DNA of 42,082 bases, taken from Lishizhenia tianjinensis (GTDB lineage Bacteria > Bacteroidota > Bacteroidia > Flavobacteriales_D > Crocinitomicaceae). Position numbers and translations under genes: made by a program. The DNA is taken from assembly GCA_945860455.1 (NCBI GenBank), contig CAMAQX010000001.1:1-42082 (forward strand), in the 5' to 3' direction. Under the pieces are notes generated by a model that had not been told where the DNA came from, did not search any database, and worked only from the letters and a program-made list of their open reading frames with translations. This document shows, in pieces, positions 39,998-42,082 of the stretch (the first letter of the stretch is position 1; each line of letters begins with the position of its first letter).

Positions 39998-41262
39998 TGT
40001 TCAAGGCTATAATCGGTAATTTTAGTGTGCGATTTTTTGCAGCAATCTTTAATTTATTAATAGCCATTCTAATTTCGCAGTACCTTGGTGCTGGAGGAAA
40101 AGGGGAACAAAGTATTATTTTAGCATCAATTACAATTATCCTTTTAGTTGATAATTTAATCGGAGGAGCTTCCATCATTTATTTGGCTCCACGAACCGGG
40201 ACAAAAAACCTAATAACAACGTCCTATTGCTGGGCAATTTTTGTAAGTATTGGATGTTATTTAGTTCTAAATTCATTTGCTTGGTTTGACCAAAAACATG
40301 TTTTTACCATAAGTTTTGTCAGTGGATTAAACTCAATCATTTCGATAAATTCATCAATTTTAGTAGGTAAAGAAAAAATTCACAAAAGCAATTTACTCAG
40401 CTTTAGTATTCCATTTCTTACATTGATGGTGATTGTTTTACAAGTCTTCAATCAAGCGAGCCAATCAATTGATCTTTATATTTTAGCCATTTATATTGCT
40501 TATGGAACGACCTTAATACTTAGTTTGTTTTTAATCAGCAAGGAGTTAACCAAAGAAGATGTGTTTCAACCAAAATTACTTGCAACAACCTTCAAAACCT
40601 TATTGTTTTATGGATTTCAAAATCAAATCGCTCATATTTTTCAATTGTTAAGTTTTAGGCTAAGTTATTTTTTATTGGAAATTAATCACGGTCAAAAAGC
40701 AGTAGGAATTTACTCCAACGGACTATCAATCATTGAATCAATCTGGTTAATCACGAGTAGTATCTCCTTGTATCAATATTCACGAATATCAAATAGTGAC
40801 GACAAAGAATACTCTTTAAAACTTACGGAAAAGTTAACAAAACTAGGTTTATTGCTCGCATTTATATCCTTGTTTATTGCCCTGTTTATTCCTTTTGAAT
40901 TTTACATCTGGTTGTTTGGGAAAGAATTTGGAGAATTAAGCGTTATTATTCGACTGATGGCACCAGGGATTTGGATTTTTAATTACGCTTTAATTTTAGG
41001 ACATTACTTCTCCGGAGTTGGTAAATATTATGTGAACGCAATTGCTTCAGGGTGTGGATTTTTAATAACTATACTTTTATCCTTTTTTATCTTTCCAAAA
41101 ATGTCAATTTATGATGCCGCACTTACAGCTGTAATTTCCTATTTCACGACATCTTTAATTGTGATTTATTTTTATTTGAAAGAAGGAGGTAAATTTGTAG
41201 TGTTTCCGACAATAGGAGAAATTAAAGAATTCGCGAATCAACTTATCCTAAAACGAGGTTAG
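39997..41262 (+). CDS. Polysaccharide/oligosaccharide flippase (Wzx-like, MOP superfamily)
   Basis: 421 aa with about 12 TM helices and no soluble domains. The ATG overlaps the glycosyltransferase stop by 1 nt (TAATG). Confidence 0.7.
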   Translation: MFKAIIGNFSVRFFAAIFNLLIAILISQYLGAGGKGEQSIILASITIILLVDNLIGGASIIYLAPRTGTKNLITTSYCWAIFVSIGCYLVLNSFAWFDQKHVFTISFVSGLNSIISINSSILVGKEKIHKSNLLSFSIPFLTLMVIVLQVFNQASQSIDLYILAIYIAYGTTLILSLFLISKELTKEDVFQPKLLATTFKTLLFYGFQNQIAHIFQLLSFRLSYFLLEINHGQKAVGIYSNGLSIIESIWLITSSISLYQYSRISNSDDKEYSLKLTEKLTKLGLLLAFISLFIALFIPFEFYIWLFGKEFGELSVIIRLMAPGIWIFNYALILGHYFSGVGKYYVNAIASGCGFLITILLSFFIFPKMSIYDAALTAVISYFTTSLIVIYFYLKEGGKFVVFPTIGEIKEFANQLILKRG

Positions 41263-41269
41263 CAGTATA

Positions 41270-42082
41270 ATGAAAAAAATAAATAAATTAATACGCGGGA
41301 TTCAATTGTTAATGAAGAAACCGTACTTGATAAATCAACTGTTAAATTCTGATGAAGTACTAAAATCTACTTTTTCAAAAGAATTTCCAGAAGGAAATGA
41401 AACTGCTCAAATTTCTTTGCAATCAATTCATCCATCAACCAATAAACAAAACATTAATACGTATTCGTTCTTGAGTGGATCCTCATTAGTGACTGATTTT
41501 ATAGTGCTAAAATTAGCCTGTTTACGGGTTGGTGCAACGGATTATCTTGAAATTGGAACATGGAGGGGAGAATCGGTAGCTAATGTTGCTGATGTTGTTG
41601 AAAATTGTTATACATTAAACTTATCTGATGATGCATTGAAGGAATTAAATCTTTCAAAAGAATACATCGATTTACATCGCTTTTATTCGAAATCAAAACC
41701 CAATGTTCACCATTTATTTGGTGATTCAAGAACCTTTAATTTTGACAGTTTAAATAAAAAATTCGATTTGATTTTTATTGATGGTGACCATCATACAGAA
41801 GCTGTAGAAGCAGATACTATTCGATTGTTCCCCTACCTTAAAACCGAAAAATCGGTTCTTGTTTGGCATGACGTAAAAAGTGATACTGAAAAAATCAGGT
41901 ATGAAGTACTCCTTGGAATATATCGTGGAATGCCTAAAGAAACACATCCTTTTATTTATTTAGTTGAAAATTCACTTTGCGCGATTTATATTCCTGAAAA
42001 AATGGAATCAAAACCGCTAAAAATATACGATGTGCCTTCGTCCAATTTTGAGCTAACTATCTCCATGAAACGTATTGAAAAT
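41270..42082 (+). CDS. Class I SAM-dependent methyltransferase-like protein (Methyltransf_24-like), 3'-truncated by the window edge; not in the ORF track
   Basis: ATG at 41270 opens 271 codons running to the last base of the window with no stop. 'YLEIGTWRGESVANVA' (motif I-like) and 'FDLIFIDGDHHTEAV' resemble polysaccharide-cluster methyltransferases. Confidence 0.6.
   Translation, partial: MKKINKLIRGIQLLMKKPYLINQLLNSDEVLKSTFSKEFPEGNETAQISLQSIHPSTNKQNINTYSFLSGSSLVTDFIVLKLACLRVGATDYLEIGTWRGESVANVADVVENCYTLNLSDDALKELNLSKEYIDLHRFYSKSKPNVHHLFGDSRTFNFDSLNKKFDLIFIDGDHHTEAVEADTIRLFPYLKTEKSVLVWHDVKSDTEKIRYEVLLGIYRGMPKETHPFIYLVENSLCAIYIPEKMESKPLKIYDVPSSNFELTISMKRIEN

Overview
Low-GC (about 35%) chromosomal segment with hallmarks of Bacteroidota/Flavobacteriia: TAnnTTTG -7 promoter boxes, very short leaders without Shine-Dalgarno sequences, a PorQ-like T9SS barrel next to cmk, and unknown-rsmD-coaD synteny. 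It holds about 40 tightly packed genes (over 90% coding, many junctions overlapping by 1-10 nt), nearly all housekeeping: cmk, valS, birA, rsfS-ftsH-cdsA-psd, topA, polyprenyl synthase-rfbA, an MMPL/RND exporter, radA, dnaX, coaD, rsmD, a RecD-like helicase, purA, fur, a GH20 hexosaminidase, gcvH, prfB and a cysteine desulfurase. A glycosyltransferase/flippase/methyltransferase cluster starts near the right edge and runs off it. I see no rRNA or tRNA genes, CRISPR arrays, transposases, integrases or recognisable defence islands. Items worth a second look: (i) a stand-alone proteorhodopsin (DTE triad, Met105) at the left edge. (ii) dnaX is split exactly at the gamma/tau domain boundary by an A10 tract in A_AAA_AAA phase, and the -1 frame opens precisely at the tract; this is either recoding/transcriptional slippage or a homopolymer miscall. 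(iii) A G9/C9 tract sits in the 5' end of a TauE/SafE permease gene. (iv) Translationally coupled operons tie uncharacterised proteins to housekeeping genes. (v) A TonB-C protein carries thrombospondin type-3 Ca-binding repeats. I did not find convincing evidence for a wholly new multi-gene system, so candidates carry modest scores. All product calls rest on motif recognition by eye; no database search was possible.
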